Below are positions 1-12,915 of a stretch of DNA of 64,000 bases, one piece after another. Numbering within the stretch: the first letter of the stretch is position 1; each line of letters starts with the position of its first letter. The notes beneath the pieces were generated by a model. The model made no database searches. It saw nothing but the letters and a program-made list of their open reading frames with translations, and had not been told where the DNA came from. Position numbers and translations under genes: made by a program. The stretch is from Octopus sinensis (Eukaryota), in the NCBI RefSeq assembly GCF_006345805.1, contig NC_043003.1, positions 103,602,001 through 103,666,000 of the forward strand. The letters run 5' to 3'.

Positions 1-322
1 CAAGTATTGTATAAATTTAATCTCGCCAGCTGAAATGATCTCTGAGCGATACATTTTGTAAAAGAAAAAAGCAATTATTTAGGTCGCCATACTGGGAAAA
101 ACGTTTAAAACAAAAATACAATATTAACGAATGAAAGCCTTTTCTTCATTAGCTCATACAACTTACATTTTGATCTCACATTATCACAATTAACTAGTAA
201 TTAAATCGAGAGGGCTAGATACTTAAGACAAGGGAAGTTACTCTCGAAAGAATAAAATTGCAAGGGAAGTAACCTATGTCTGAACACGACCCGCAGGAGC
301 AAACATACTAAGAAATTTGGTA

Positions 323-692
323 TACTCTTTTACTCGTTTCAGTCATTTGACTGCGGCCATGCTGGAGCACCGCCTTTAGTCGAGCAAATCGACACCAGAG
401 CTTATTCTCTGTAAGCCTAGTACTTATTCTATCTATCTCTTTCGCCGAACTGCTATGTTACGGGCACGTAAACACACCAGCATCGGTTGTGAGGCGATGT
501 TGGGTGGACAAACAGACACACAAACATATACACACATATACATATACGACGGGCTTCCTCTAGTTTCCGTCTACCAAATCCACTCAGAAGGCTTTCCTCG
601 GCCCGAGGCTATGTAGTAGAAGACTTGCCCAAGATGCCACACAGTGGAACTGAACTTGGGACCATGTAAGCAAGCTACTTACCACACAGCCA
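323..692 (-). mobile_element. SINE family A (tRNA head plus CORE-like ccttgggcaagtgtcttct segment)
   Basis: Reverse complement of the ggagtggctgtgtggtaagtagcttg...cagtcaaatgactgaaac family that recurs through the window. The resemblance to octopus OR/CORE-type SINEs is from memory. Confidence 0.85.
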
Positions 693-1057
693 TTTTTTCA
701 CAAACACAGGATTACTGTATTCGTCGGTATATAAAACGAACCCCTATTTTACAAGTATTTTTGTAGAAAAGAAAAAAACAAATTTAGTATGTTTCATCAA
801 ACACTCAAAAATATTTTAAAGGAGTTTTGCAGGGGAAAATTTATGACTCAGAACATGTGAATACAATGCAATGACAGTATACTAGAATAAAAAATAAAAC
901 TATAAATTGATTATATATAACTACGTTATACGAGTATCATATTTCAATTTTACTTTCTTTCAGATGAGCTATATTGTTGTTTAAATTTTGGCCAAGAGAA
1001 CTGTTATACAGGATGTAAAGTTCGTACTTTTTGGCTAGGATGTTTTGTTGGTGTGAT

Positions 1058-1500
1058 CGGCCACAAAATCGACCTCGTCCTCCACCAACATTACCTATTT
1101 CTTTATTACCCACAAGGGGCTAAACACAGAGGGGACAAACAAGGACAGACAAACGGATTAAGTCGATTATATCGACCCCAGTGCGTAACTGGTACTTAAT
1201 TTATCGACCCCGAAAGGATGAAAGGCAAAGTCGACCTCAGCGGAATTTGAACTCAGAATGTAATGGCAGACGAAATACGGCTACGCATTTCGCCCGGCGT
1301 GCTAACGTTTCTGCCAGCTCGCCGCCTAATCCTCCACCAACATTACCATGTAGTCAATGCCACCGACTCTTCTATGCAAGAATTGGTCAACTTAGTCATC
1401 AATGCCATCACCATAAAAGTAGCGTTCAGCAAAGAAGAAACTAAGTTCTCAGATACAGGATAAAACTGATGTCGATTGTCCACCAGGGTGGTGCATCACC
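1058..1500 (+). mobile_element. RTE-like LINE 3' remnant (C2H2-type finger CSQCHRLFYARIGQLSH) interrupted by a SINE
   Basis: Removing the SINE restores RPQNRPRPPPTLPCSQCHRLFYARIGQLSHQ, similar to RTE ORF2 C-termini (CxxCxRxFxARIGLxSH). Confidence 0.6.
1096..1329 (-). mobile_element. tRNA-derived SINE, family B (AGGCGGCGAGCTGGCAGAA head), with 18-bp TSD
   Basis: TSD tcctccaccaacattacc at 1078-1095 and 1330-1347. Homologous to 9540-9772 and 52855-53070. Confidence 0.88.
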
Positions 1501-2574
1501 ATTATGGTTTTGTTGTCATCCACTCATTGCAAATAGTTAATAGATGAATGCAAGTTTAATAATTCTTTTAATTTTTCTTGAAAAATTTTCATTTAGATAA
1601 TTAAAAAAAAACGTTTTTTAAAGTTAACTTCAACATAAAATAACGTGACATACTCCAGCTGCACATAAAGTAAGCTGGGGAAGGAGATATAATGAAATGA
1701 TGTAACCTCTCTCACATAACTGCAGACATTGTGCATGCAATTTTTTTTAAAGTTTGTAATATTTTGCTTTGTTTTCAACATTTTACTATAAGTAATAATT
1801 ATTGTGTCAAGTATATTTATGCTGGTCTGGCTCCCTGCCTACAACAATCAATCACCCATCATAATATGGCTGCATTTGAGAGGACAATTTTTTGATACAT
1901 CTAAAAATGTGGGGGGAAAAAGCATGTTTGTGATATGCAGGCAAATGCAGGAATTACTGAGCCAACAAATACTGAAATACTGGGGAGAGAAAGAGAGTTC
2001 AAAGCCTTCTGTACTCAGAGGTCGTAGATTTATTCATAGTGCAAAGAAAGTTTGAATTGGTTAGACTAGCTAGATAAATTATTAAAAGATTCCTTAGGCA
2101 AATTACAGGCTTAATGTGAGAACATCACCTAACCAGAGGGAGCTATTCAATAAACTGCTAGGTAATAATCCTTCATAAAAAAAAACCCTAAAATTTTTCT
2201 GTGTCAGAGAAACACTACAAATGCAAAATTCCTGAAAGGTTTAAAATAGTGATGGGGTTGTAAATGAGCATAAAATGAATGAGTAACTGGAACAAAAAGG
2301 GCAATAGCTTTGTTTTTGTGCAAAACCAAACATTCCCATACTGAAATAAGGGTATGAACCTAGACAAACATCAAATTTATATGTACTACTTGTATTTCAT
2401 CATTATCATTTAAATGTCCATTTTTCCATGCTTGTACAAGTCAGAAGTAGATTTTATACAGCTGGATGCCCTTCCTGTTGCCAAGTAAGGTAATATTTTT
2501 CTATGGTTAGACAAGTTTTAGCAGAATATTGGAAATGAATGACTGCGTGTATGACATTAACCCTTCATTAAGAC

Positions 2575-2730
2575 AAGGAAACACAAACACACACAAGAGG
2601 CTTCTTTCAGTTTGTCTACCAAATACTCTCAAAGTTTTGATTGACCTAGGGCTATAGTAGAAGACACTTGCCCAAGGTGCTACACAGTGGGACTGAACCC
2701 AAAACCATGTGGTTGGGAAACTGTTTGCCA
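2575..2730 (-). mobile_element. SINE family A, 5' half
   Basis: Same head and CORE-like segment as 323-692. Confidence 0.7.
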
Positions 2731-2831
2731 TATATTCATAACAGCTTCCATCATCTAACCAAGCAGACACAGACAACACAAAATGTCAAGTAGAAATTGT
2801 ATAGGCTATATATATATATATATATATATAT

Positions 2832-3898
2832 AGACAAAATTTGGCATTATGCTTTTAACAAGTACCTGCAGAAAAAGTGTTTAGCCCCCGAAAACATTCA
2901 TGCTAACATGGTTGCAACACTAGAGAATGACACTCCAGCTTTATCAACAGCACAAAAGTGGGCAGCTGAATTTAGGAGGGGAACAGAGAGTCTTGAAGAT
3001 GACCCAACGTCTGAACATCCTGCAAATGTCAACACCAATGAAAACATTGATCGTGTTCACCACATGGTGATGGATGACAGGCAATTGGCTATAAATCGAA
3101 TAGCCAATGCTATGAGAAAGTTGCATGAGAGACTTGAAAATATTCTGCACTATGGCAAAAGTTTCTGCTCAGTGAGTACCATGGCTTCTGACACCTGATC
3201 AAAAGCGCACTAGGCTCATCACATCATAGGAAAATCTGACACTGAAGCAGATCCAACTGGTTTCCTAATCCAAGATGAGTGCTGGGTTCATCACTTTGAG
3301 CTAGAGACAAAGAAACAATCCATGCAGTGGAAACACACCACCTCAACTGCTCCAAAGAAGGCCAAAATCGTTTCACCAGCAGGAAAGGTGATGGCCTCCG
3401 TCTTTTGGGATGCAAAACGCATTGTGTTTATTGATTATCTTGAAAAGGGCCACACCATCAATGGAGAGTACTGTGCCAACTTGCTGAGGCAGTTACAAGA
3501 GGCTATCAAGACCAAAACCCCAGGAAAATTGTTTCATCAAGACAGTTCACCAGCACACAAGTCCCTGGTTTCAAAGGCTGCTCTGCATGACTGTCACTTT
3601 AAATTTGTTGATCAGCCTCCCTATTCTTCTGATTTTGCCCCATCTGACTATCATCTGTTCTCCAACATGAGAAAAACACTTGGCTGGGAACCACTTTCAT
3701 AATGATGATGATGTCATATTTGCTGTTGATGACTATGTTGACCAACAGGATGGAAGCTTTTAAACCAAAAGGGAACACTCCAACCCCAATAGAAAACTGT
3801 GTGAACTGCAATGTGGACTATGTTGGAAAATAAACCTCATTTGGTTACATTCTATGAGAGTATCTTGGTTAGCTTATGAACTTTTCAGCCAACCCTTG
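2832..3898 (+). mobile_element. Decayed mariner (DD34D) transposon, left TIR missing; lies in DNAJC25 intron 2
   Basis: IQDECW, SMQWKH, GKVMASVFWD, FHQDSSPAH and PYSSDFAPSDYHLF motifs in broken frames. Right TIR ...cttttcagccaacccttg followed by TA. Confidence 0.9.
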
Positions 3899-5368
3899 TA
3901 GGATACTTATCAGCTAAATTCAAAAGCATAAAGTTCCATGATGATTTTTGAAACCAAACTATGCCAGTCTATTAACCTAGAGAAATGCCTATGGTTGTTG
4001 GCATAAGTTCCCAAACCATATTCCAGCATTCAGTTGAGATTCAAGTGAGTAGAGTATTTTGCCCATATTCTACTAACTGGCTGCAGTCCTCTATCTGAAA
4101 CTAGTAAAAGAGTATATACGTTTTGAAAGTTTTCCTTCAACATGGACTTGGCTACAACAATTAAACCAAACTAAATAACCAAAGAACATGTGTGTACTTA
4201 TATATGGTCACAGGTTCCAAATCAAAAGCAATATTTAACTATTGCCATTGAAATCCTAACCACAAAGTTCCTACAAACACCAACAGAGCATTACACTACT
4301 CATTATAAGTCATAAATGTGCTTGAGTTTCACAAATAGAAACCCATCATCATCATCATTTAATATCCACTTTCCATGTTGACATAAGTTGGATGGTTTGA
4401 CACAAGATGGACTGCATCAAGCTCCATTGTCTGCCTTGGCATGGTTTTCGTATCTCGATACCCTTCTTAACATCAGTTACTTTACAGAGTGTACTGAGAG
4501 CTTTTTACATGGTACTAGCACCAAGTAACTTGCTAAGAGGTGGTGTAGTATTGAGGGAGGTGGCATTATGCCAAATGATGAGAAGTCAGAGTATACGATA
4601 GAGGCATAGAAAACAGTTTTATACATTTTATATTGTTTTACACATTTTTATATTACCTCATTTTACTTACCTGTTGCAAATATATGTATGAGGCTTTCAG
4701 GGAAAGTAATCTTTAACAGACTAGAGAATGATTCCTCTTTCATTCAGCTAACACTATGGAAACCAAATTTGAGAACAAAGCCCCACAGGTTCCTTGGTAT
4801 AAAGCCTTCACTATTTTTCAGCTGGTAAAAGGATAGAAGTAGATATCTGTACAAATGAGTATATATAGCTGGCACACTATGTATTTTTTATGCTGCTTTC
4901 GCAGCATTCCCATGACTCTCTGTCACCATCCAATTCCATTATTGTGAATTTAAATTGGAAGTTTGAGTCCGTGTGAATCTTTCTTCACCTGATTACACAG
5001 GTATGGACGTCACCCCTAAGGATGCGTTGCAGTCACCCTCTTGACGGAGCTCACTGATCCTGACCATTGATCTTCTAGGATTCCCTGCTCAACATCAATG
5101 AAAGAAGCACCATTGGCTCACTTGTGCTCTTCCACTACCTCTTCCCAATCTGCCATGCTGCAGTCCCATGATTATGCTGTATCCCTGGTAGGGTAGCTGA
5201 ATGGGTGTTGTTCTTTGCCAAAGTGCAGCCCATATCTATGCAGGGTACAATCACCACTCTGTGAGCTATTTTCAAAATGCCTGCACGCTATGTAATTATA
5301 TGATTTGCAGACTTATCCGACCCATTTTATAAGTGAACAAGTTTCCACAGAACAGTGGCAATACTCAC

Positions 5369-5397
5369 CTTTGTAGCTTCTCTTGTTGTCTGAAGCA
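5369..5397 (-). CDS. DNAJC25: DNAJC25-like micro-exon 2 (29 nt; completes L, then LQTTREATK, start of J-domain helix I)
   Basis: Acceptor ctttctgtatttcatttcag and donor gtgagta. Phase matches exon 1 (T+TG = Leu). The joined peptide CYD-LLQTTREATK aligns with the J-domain start CY(D/E)VLGVxRxAxK. Confidence 0.8.
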
Positions 5398-6524
5398 CTG
5401 AAATGAAATACAGAAAGAGCATTAGATATATTTATATGTTGTTGTTTGTGTGTGTGTATCAATTTTACATATGCTTTTCCAAGCTGGCAATGGTTGGACA
5501 AAATTCAACACATTGACGGTCCTTTGTCACCTTATTAAAGCCTAGCAGCCCCACATCAGCCCTTACTTCTCCCCATATTTTTATCAATTTTCATTCCTGT
5601 TGCTTTTGCAACACACAAGTCTCTTTGAAGAGTTTCTCTGACACAAAGTATTACAGCTGGTGCCATTACACAGGTACACACACTATGATATACAGAAATC
5701 AGTAAATGTTTTGTTTACCTGATTTTTTCAACTAGGCTCAAGGATGTCCAGGAGTCTTGATGACTGACAAAACCAAATTAGATTAAGACTCTTCACCTAC
5801 TCTTCCTTAGCTTCCCAATGCATATTTATCATCAACCACTCTTCAACCCTTGTTCTTTCTTCTGTTTGCCCTCTCACCTATATCCCATCTCTAACCATTC
5901 CTCACTCTTCCCATACATTCTTGCAACCTCTATGCACCTACACTCCCTACTCAACTGTCCCCATTCCTATTCTCATTATAATTTGAGAGTCCACTAGGAG
6001 ATTTTATCACCACTATCTTTTTCCAGCTCTACCCCCCTCTTTTATAATGGCCCCTTCTCTCAAACTTTATCCTTTCACCTCTAAACATAAAGCCACTTTC
6101 CTCTTTCTGGAGCAACACTCAATTGAAAGGATCTTAGTCTCACTAGTGCTGGTACCATATAAAAAACACCCTGTACACACTGTAAAGTGGTTAGAATTAG
6201 GAAGGGCATTGGCTGTAAAAATGCCAAACCAGTCAGTGAAGCACAATACAGTCTTTAGGCATATCAAATCTTCCACCACATGCAAGCATAGATGATTTAA
6301 TATTAAAGAATAATTCTTTGATTTAAAAAATTTTTTGAGCTTTAAACCCGTGGTCATGGTGGGGTGAATAATGACGATAAAATATATAAATGCATAGACT
6401 ATAATGTATATAAAGAATATCCAAATATAAATGCAATTTATATACTGATATATTTAAAACTATTATATATATAATTATATATAATATAATCGAAATCGAT
6501 CAATGGAAATCGATCAATGGAAAT

Positions 6525-6885
6525 TGCAGATGTGTTACCAGTGCCGGTGGCATGTAAGAGAACTTTCCGTTTCGCGACCGTTGCCAGCACCGCCCCGTTT
6601 CGTGTCCGTTGCCAGCCTCGCCTGGCCCTCGTGCCAGTGGCACATAAAAAGCACCATCCGTTCGTGGCCGTTTGCCAGCTCTGTCTGGCACCAGTGCGGG
6701 TGGCACATAAAAAGCACCCACTACACTCACGGAGTGGTTGGCGTTAGGAAGGGCATCCAGCCGTAGAAACACTGCCAGATTTGACTGGGCCTGATGAAGC
6801 CTTCTGGCTTCACAGACCCCAGTAGAACCGTCCAACCCATGCTAGCATGGAAAACGGACGCTAAATGATGATGATGATGATGATG
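6525..6885 (+). mobile_element. SINE family C (tgccggtggcac.taaaaagcacc repeats, (GAT)n tail); copies at 7440-7800 and 11440-11729, fragments at 2395-2500 and 4350-4470 (minus)
   Basis: Shared ggaagggcatccagc.gtagaaac ... ccaacccatgctagcatggaaaacggacg.taaa(tga)n. Confidence 0.8.
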
Positions 6886-7039
6886 ATGTGGCTGAATGAT
6901 TAAGTTTGCTTTGGAACCACATGGACAGTGTAGGCTGACATCCTATACTATAGCTGCAGATCGGACCAATACCTTTGAAGTTAAAAGCAGTGGATGGAAA
7001 CCAACGTGTGTGTAAGAGTGAAGAGGTCATATTTCCTCT

Positions 7040-7362
7040 CATCTTCACTGGTGTTCCCTGATTATAAACAAAAAATCACTGTTCATACTGACAGTATTAG
7101 ATTGTGATAGAGATAGATTGATGGTGACAGATACACATTTGTAGCTCTAAAAGTGAACTTATTTCTCATAGCAAGTTATATTTTATTATTTACGGACAAC
7201 ACTGTCCTTGGGATGCAGATTTTGAAAATCAAACTTATTTTTCTCAAAGACAAATTAGAATTTTTATATTAAATGCCCAAAGTTATATTTGAATCAAATT
7301 GTACATGGGCATGACAATTTTAATTTGAAAAAAAAAATGTTCCAAACTTTTGGCCACAACTG
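7040..7362. mobile_element. Tc1-type terminal fragment (second copy at 7955-8277)
   Basis: Ends in ttccaaacttttggccacaactg, the reverse complement of the typical Tc1 terminus cagttgtggccaaaagttt. The inner boundary is uncertain. Confidence 0.45.
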
Positions 7363-8293
7363 TGTATGTGTATATATATCTATATATATATATATATAAT
7401 ATAATCGAAATCGATCAATGGAAATCGATCAATGGAAATTGCAGATGTGTTACCAGTGCCGGTGGCATGTAAGAGAACTTTCCGTTTCGCGACCGTTGCC
7501 AGCACCGCCCCGTTTCGTGTCCGTTGCCAGCCTCGCCTGGCCCTCGTGCCGGTGGCACATAAAAAGCACCATCCGTTCGTGGCCATTTGCCAGCTCTGTC
7601 TGGCACCAGTGCGGGTGGCACATAAAAAGCACCCACTACACTCACGGAGTGGTTGGCGTTAGGAAGGGCATCCAGCTGTAGAAACACTGCCAGATTTGAC
7701 TGGGCCTGATGAAGCCTTCTGGCTTCACAGACCCCAGTAGAACCGTCCAACCCATGCTAGCATGGAAAACGGACGCTAAATGATGATGATGATGATGATG
7801 ATGTGGCTGAATGATTAAGTTTGCTTTGGAACCACATGGACAGTGTAGGCTGACATCCTATACTATAGCTGCAGATCGGACCAATACCTTTGAAGTTAAA
7901 AGCAGTGGATGGAAACCAACGTGTGTGTAAGAGTGAAGAGGTCATATTTCCTCTCATCTTCACTGGTGTTCCCTGATTATAAACAAAAAATCACTGTTCA
8001 TACTGACAGTATTAGATTGTGATAGAGATAGATTGATGGTGACAGATACACATTTGTAGCTCTAAAAGTGAACTTATTTCTCATAGCAAGTTATATTTTA
8101 TTATTTACGGACAACACTGTCCTTGGGATGCAGATTTTGAAAATCAAACTTATTTTTCTCAAAGACAAATTAGAATTTTTATATTAAATGCCCAAAGTTA
8201 TATTTGAATCAAATTGTACATGGGCATGACAATTTTAATTTGAAAAAAAAAATGTTCCAAACTTTTGGCCACAACTGTGTATGTGTATATATA

Positions 8294-8330
<37 letters not shown>

Positions 8331-8357
8331 TATACATTCATACACACATTACATATA

Positions 8358-9280
8358 TCTTAATAATACTAAAACTCTAAGAGATGTTTGTGTGTACCCA
8401 AAATATCTCAGAAATAGTATATCTTATCTTAATTAGCTTTGCATATTTATTTTCATACTTACCTTCGGCAGTGCAATATAAATTTTTGTAACATTTGGAC
8501 CTCTATTTATTAATGAAAACGATTACCCACAATTTTTGTTTTTTATTTCTTGACAAAAAAAAACATGGCTTCCATGACGTCAATACACACACATATAATG
8601 AATGTCATGGCTTGTCAATCAACACAAATACATGTCCGCTATCTGTAACATATACACAAACACAGCCTTCGCACTCTCTAAGAAAAAAAATGCCAACTTT
8701 TTGACATACACAATATTTTAATAATTTAGAAATATTTTTAACAGAATGATTTCAAAAATGTAAGTTGTTTGCACAGTAAATATTTGTATTTTAGCTTTCT
8801 TTAAACAGACAATATTTTAATGTTTTTTTATATTATATTCAAGTGAATGGTGATCTTTTAGATATCCTTAATTATAATTTTAATAATAATTATTACCTAT
8901 GAGGTTTTTATAAAAAATAAATGGATAAAAAAAAACCGTGGCCACTACAGGCAAGTAGGAGAGCAAAATAACATTCAAACTAGATTAAATTAAGTTAAAT
9001 TAAATTAAATTTAGACAAGTAAATAAATGAGTGAGTGAGTACGATAACTAAAGCAATATGACTAAGGGGATATGATCTTAAGAGACAGCATAAGTAAAAT
9101 ATATATCTATCTTTCAGGGGAATCAGCTATATTGTTTAAACATAATATAGAAGGACAGAGAATTCATTTTTGTCAGAAGGCGTAATAAGGAGGATTTTCT
9201 GACAAGGGACAACAAATGGAATGAACCGGATCAATTGCTTGTTTTTCTGAGTTATAGTTTATTGCTAAAACCTATACTAG
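8358..9280 (+). mobile_element. Possible degenerate non-autonomous Helitron
   Basis: Starts A|TCTTAATAATACTAAAAC..gtttgtgtgt and ends CTAG|T. No clear 3' hairpin. Confidence 0.3.
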
Positions 9281-9418
9281 TAAAATATAAAATTATGGAT
9301 ATAAATTATTAAATGGATGGCACTGACTTATAGCATTAAATTATTTAAGTGCTTAGTTCAGTATTTAATTTAAAGAAGGGCAGTAGTTTGAAGAAAAATG
9401 TTTACATGTATATATGTG

Positions 9419-9492
<74 letters not shown>

Positions 9493-9539
9493 CACTTACA
9501 CACACACATACATCAAACGGTAAATCCGTGTAAATTTAA

Positions 9540-9772
9540 AGGCGGCGAGCTGGCAGAAACGTTAGCGTGCCGGGCGAAATGCTTAGCGGTATTTCGTCTG
9601 CCGTTACATTCTGAGCTCAAATTCCGCCGAGGTCGACTTTGCCTTTCATCCTTTCGGGGTCAATAAATTAAGTACCAGTTACGCACTGGAGGTCGATGTA
9701 ATTGACTTAATACCTATGTCCGTCCATGTTTGTCCCTTCTATGTTTAGCCCCTTGTGGGTAGTAAAGAAATA
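9540..9772 (+). mobile_element. SINE family B with 14-bp TSD
   Basis: ggtaaatccgtgta at 9519-9532 and 9773-9786. tRNA-like head with B-box-like ctcaaattcc. Confidence 0.88.
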
Positions 9773-10554
9773 GGTAAATCCGTGTACATATAAAGTGGGG
9801 TAACCCAAGCATTTCCAGCTAATAAATTAAATAATTGATTCTGTATTTGGATAATATTCAATTTAGGTTCGAGGGAAGAGGAAATAGCAAATGTAGATGC
9901 AGATAGGTGTTTTATTCGGGTAAATGCGGTAGCTATGGAGTGAGACATCTACGACTTCTGATGTATTAGGCAGTTTAGCTTTAGTAAATTACACTATATT
10001 AATCTCAATTACCTGGTTTATTTTTATAATTTAATCCATATATTTTTTAATTTATCCCATTGGATAGTGTTCCATATTGTTATTACTCTGCTCAATTAGT
10101 AGGGCGCAATTTAATTGCTAAGTGCTGGTATATATCATTAGCTAATCATGCGTGTATTTTCTAAAAATCCATTAACAGAGGGGTTTCTATCCTTAGAGCA
10201 TGAGCTGGGTTTATGTATAGTTTTATTAGTAGGAGCATGAGGCAACATACCATTGGAAGACCAGAATGATGGGGTATTCTTATCTGTACCTATCTATACT
10301 CATGCTCCAGCAATCATACATATAAAATATATTTACAGATCTCTATATGCTCCTATACTAATTCTAATACTAAATAGATATACATTCACATCCTTATCGA
10401 TGTATGTACACCATTATATCCATATAAAACCATACTGGCCCCAACCCATACCCTAATCTCCCCACCTGTGAATATATGTATGTATATCTTTCCACAATTA
10501 TGGATACTTATGTATGAAAACATAAAAAAATCTATGGCTTCATAAATAGTCTAT

Positions 10555-10676
10555 CATATATACCTGCGTAAGCATATGTATATATGCGTACATACATGTC
10601 TGAACCTATATCTACATGTACAAACTCTCACACCCACAAACAATATATATATACATATATATATATATACATGCAT

Positions 10677-10720
<44 letters not shown>

Positions 10721-11036
10721 TTACATATATATATAGATGTACATACATATATACATACATACATATATATATATATATACTTACATATATATATAGATGT
10801 ACATACATATATACATACATACATATATATACATACATATATACATACATACATATATATATACATATGTACATACATATATATACATATACACATACAT
10901 ACATACATATGTATATACATATGTACATACATATGTATATACATATGTACATACATACATATATATATACAAACATACATACATACATATATATATATAC
11001 ATACATATACATATATATATATACATACATATATAT
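10555..11036. repeat. (TA)n/(TACA)n compound microsatellite; similar tracts at 12110-12300, 12606-12910, 15160-15730, 36630-37085, 54885-55525, 59176-59775, 61568-61746 and 63375-64000
   Basis: Read directly. These tracts explain the many YI/HT/MYV low-complexity ORFs. Confidence 0.95.
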
Positions 11037-11435
11037 GATGGCTTCCTCCTCGTTATTGAGTATGGCCATTGCACGAAGCTTAACTGTTACTGGTGCTGTG
11101 ATCGAATGTGACTTTTTAGCCCAACTAAAGATCTACAATGGCTCATACAGAATTGGCCACTAAAACCTTTACCGGTAATAGCTGGCTGTTGTTGTAACTG
11201 GGCTTCATGTACCTTTGCATGTCGTTTAAGTCCTCCTGCCGAATTACACTCTCTTCCACATGCCCGACAGATATGATTATTATGGTGTGTTACACTACCA
11301 CCAGTGGCTAGGTTGTCACTCATCTGTCTCGTTTTATGACTACGAAGATGACTCTTGAGTCCAGCTTTACCGAGGCAGGGTATTGCACAGACACTGCATG
11401 TCAGCATCATAGGAAGACCCTTCCCATCATAAAAA
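11037..11435 (-). mobile_element. RTE-like LINE 3' end encoding three C2H2-like fingers
   Basis: CSVCAIPCLGKAGLKSHLRSH, CRACGRECNSAGGLKRHAKVH and (G)[21 protein letters not shown], then a stop and a short tail ending ..ggaagccatcat. Confidence 0.6.
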
Positions 11436-11750
11436 GCACCATCCAAACGCGGCCGATGCCAGCGGCACCTTGAGTGGCTTCCGTGCCGGTGGCATGTAAA
11501 AAGCACCAATCCGATCGTGGCCGTTGCGAGCCTTGCCTGGCACCTGTGCCGGTGGCACGTAAAAGCACACACTACACTCATGGAGTGATTGGTGCTAGGA
11601 AGGACATACAGCTGTAGAAACACTGCCAGATCAGACTGGAGCGTGATGCAGCCTTCTGGCTTCCCAGATCCCAGTCGAGCCATCCAACCCATGCTAGCAT
11701 GGAAAACGGACGTTAAACGATGATGATGCATATATACTTACATACATAAC

Positions 11751-12105
11751 TCTATATATATAAACGGCAAAATGTCTGTGTGCGTGTCCTTTCAACAAAT
11801 CCACAATTTTTCAGTTAGAGGGCTCGCACTTTCTATGGTCATTCAAAACCATCCAAGGGTGCTCATGCACATCTTAACATTTCCCCAGTCACCCCGCAAA
11901 GCCATTAAAAAATCAACAGAAGTGACCTTTTTGTGAATTTTTTATCCAATTAAAATGCCTGAAACTTGATACGCCAATTGAATAACAGCTGGCAGCATGT
12001 GGTTGGTCGGAGATTTGGACAGTACTCGTGTGTATGTGCGCATGCACGCAGATGTATATGCATGCACTAGCACTGTGACCCAGCGTTGCCGGGTCATAGT
12101 GCAAG
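11751..12105 (+). mobile_element. Non-autonomous Helitron family H1 (copies 39110-39474 and 49832-50128 on minus)
   Basis: 5' TC(TC)TATATA(TA)AA and a 3' palindrome ending in CTAG-T or a one-base variant. The three copies share internal sequence, and the 49832 copy is internally deleted. Confidence 0.7.
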
Positions 12106-12182
12106 TATACATATACAAAGATACGTATATACACATACATATATACATACATATACATACATACACATATACATATATATAT

Positions 12183-12227
<45 letters not shown>

Positions 12228-12439
12228 TATATATATATATACACACACACATATATATATATACACACAGATATATATATATATATATATATATATACAT
12301 GCATATAGAAACTAAGCTAAGAGCATTAGATTCTTGGAAGACAGCATCGAATGTATACGAAAACAAGGACGGAAAAAAAGACGATGTTACACAAAAATAA
12401 TTACAAAATGCACTAAAAATAATTAAAGAAATAATAACA

Positions 12440-12605
12440 GGACATAACAACAGGTGGCTTTCGACTGGGGATGAATCGAATTCAGCTGCCACATCGATAT
12501 TGACCCCCGTGTGAAAGTTTTGTATCCCTGCCATAAGGCTTCATTTCCACACACGTCAGCTGAATTCAATTCGTCCCCAGTTGAAAGACACCTGTTGTTA
12601 TGTCC
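12440..12605. repeat. Inverted repeat (49-bp arms, 45/49 identical, 68-bp spacer), MITE-like
   Basis: ggacataacaacaggtg...ttcagctg (12440-12488) versus 12557-12605. Confidence 0.8.
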
Positions 12606-12915
12606 ATACATATATACACATATACATATATATACATAAACACATACATATACTCATATATACATACATATATAAATATATACATATATATACATACATA
12701 TATATATACACACATATATACATACATATATATATACACATATATATATATACATATACATAAATATATACATACATATATACATAAATATATACATACA
12801 TATATACATAAATATATACATACATACATATATACATACATATATATATATACATATACATAAATATATACATACACATATATATATATATATATATACG
12901 CATACATATATAGAC

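Larger units (their letters stand above)
6476..8305. repeat. 915-bp direct tandem duplication (6476-7390 / 7391-8305)
   Basis: Identical apart from three substitutions that I could find (6636/7551, 6670/7585, 6762/7677). Junctions lie in TA-rich microsatellite. Confidence 0.92.

Noticed and set aside
1-60. atttcag|CTGGCGAGA (LAR) on minus as a J-domain exon
   Set aside because: It continues LNLYNT rather than toward HPD, and it would skip the expected EIxKAYR segment.
4668-4760. Candidate DNAJC25 exon 3 (gcaacag|gtaagta on minus)
   Set aside because: The upstream sequence encodes no AYRxLA/HPD J-domain continuation.
6788-6830. CTGATGA followed by a hairpin in SINE family C
   Set aside because: No GAAA box or cleavage triplet follows the stem.
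9790-10470. Possible degenerate PLE reverse transcriptase on the minus strand (YIDK, LYINPAH)
   Set aside because: Motif spacing is inconsistent and similarity is too weak to support by eye.
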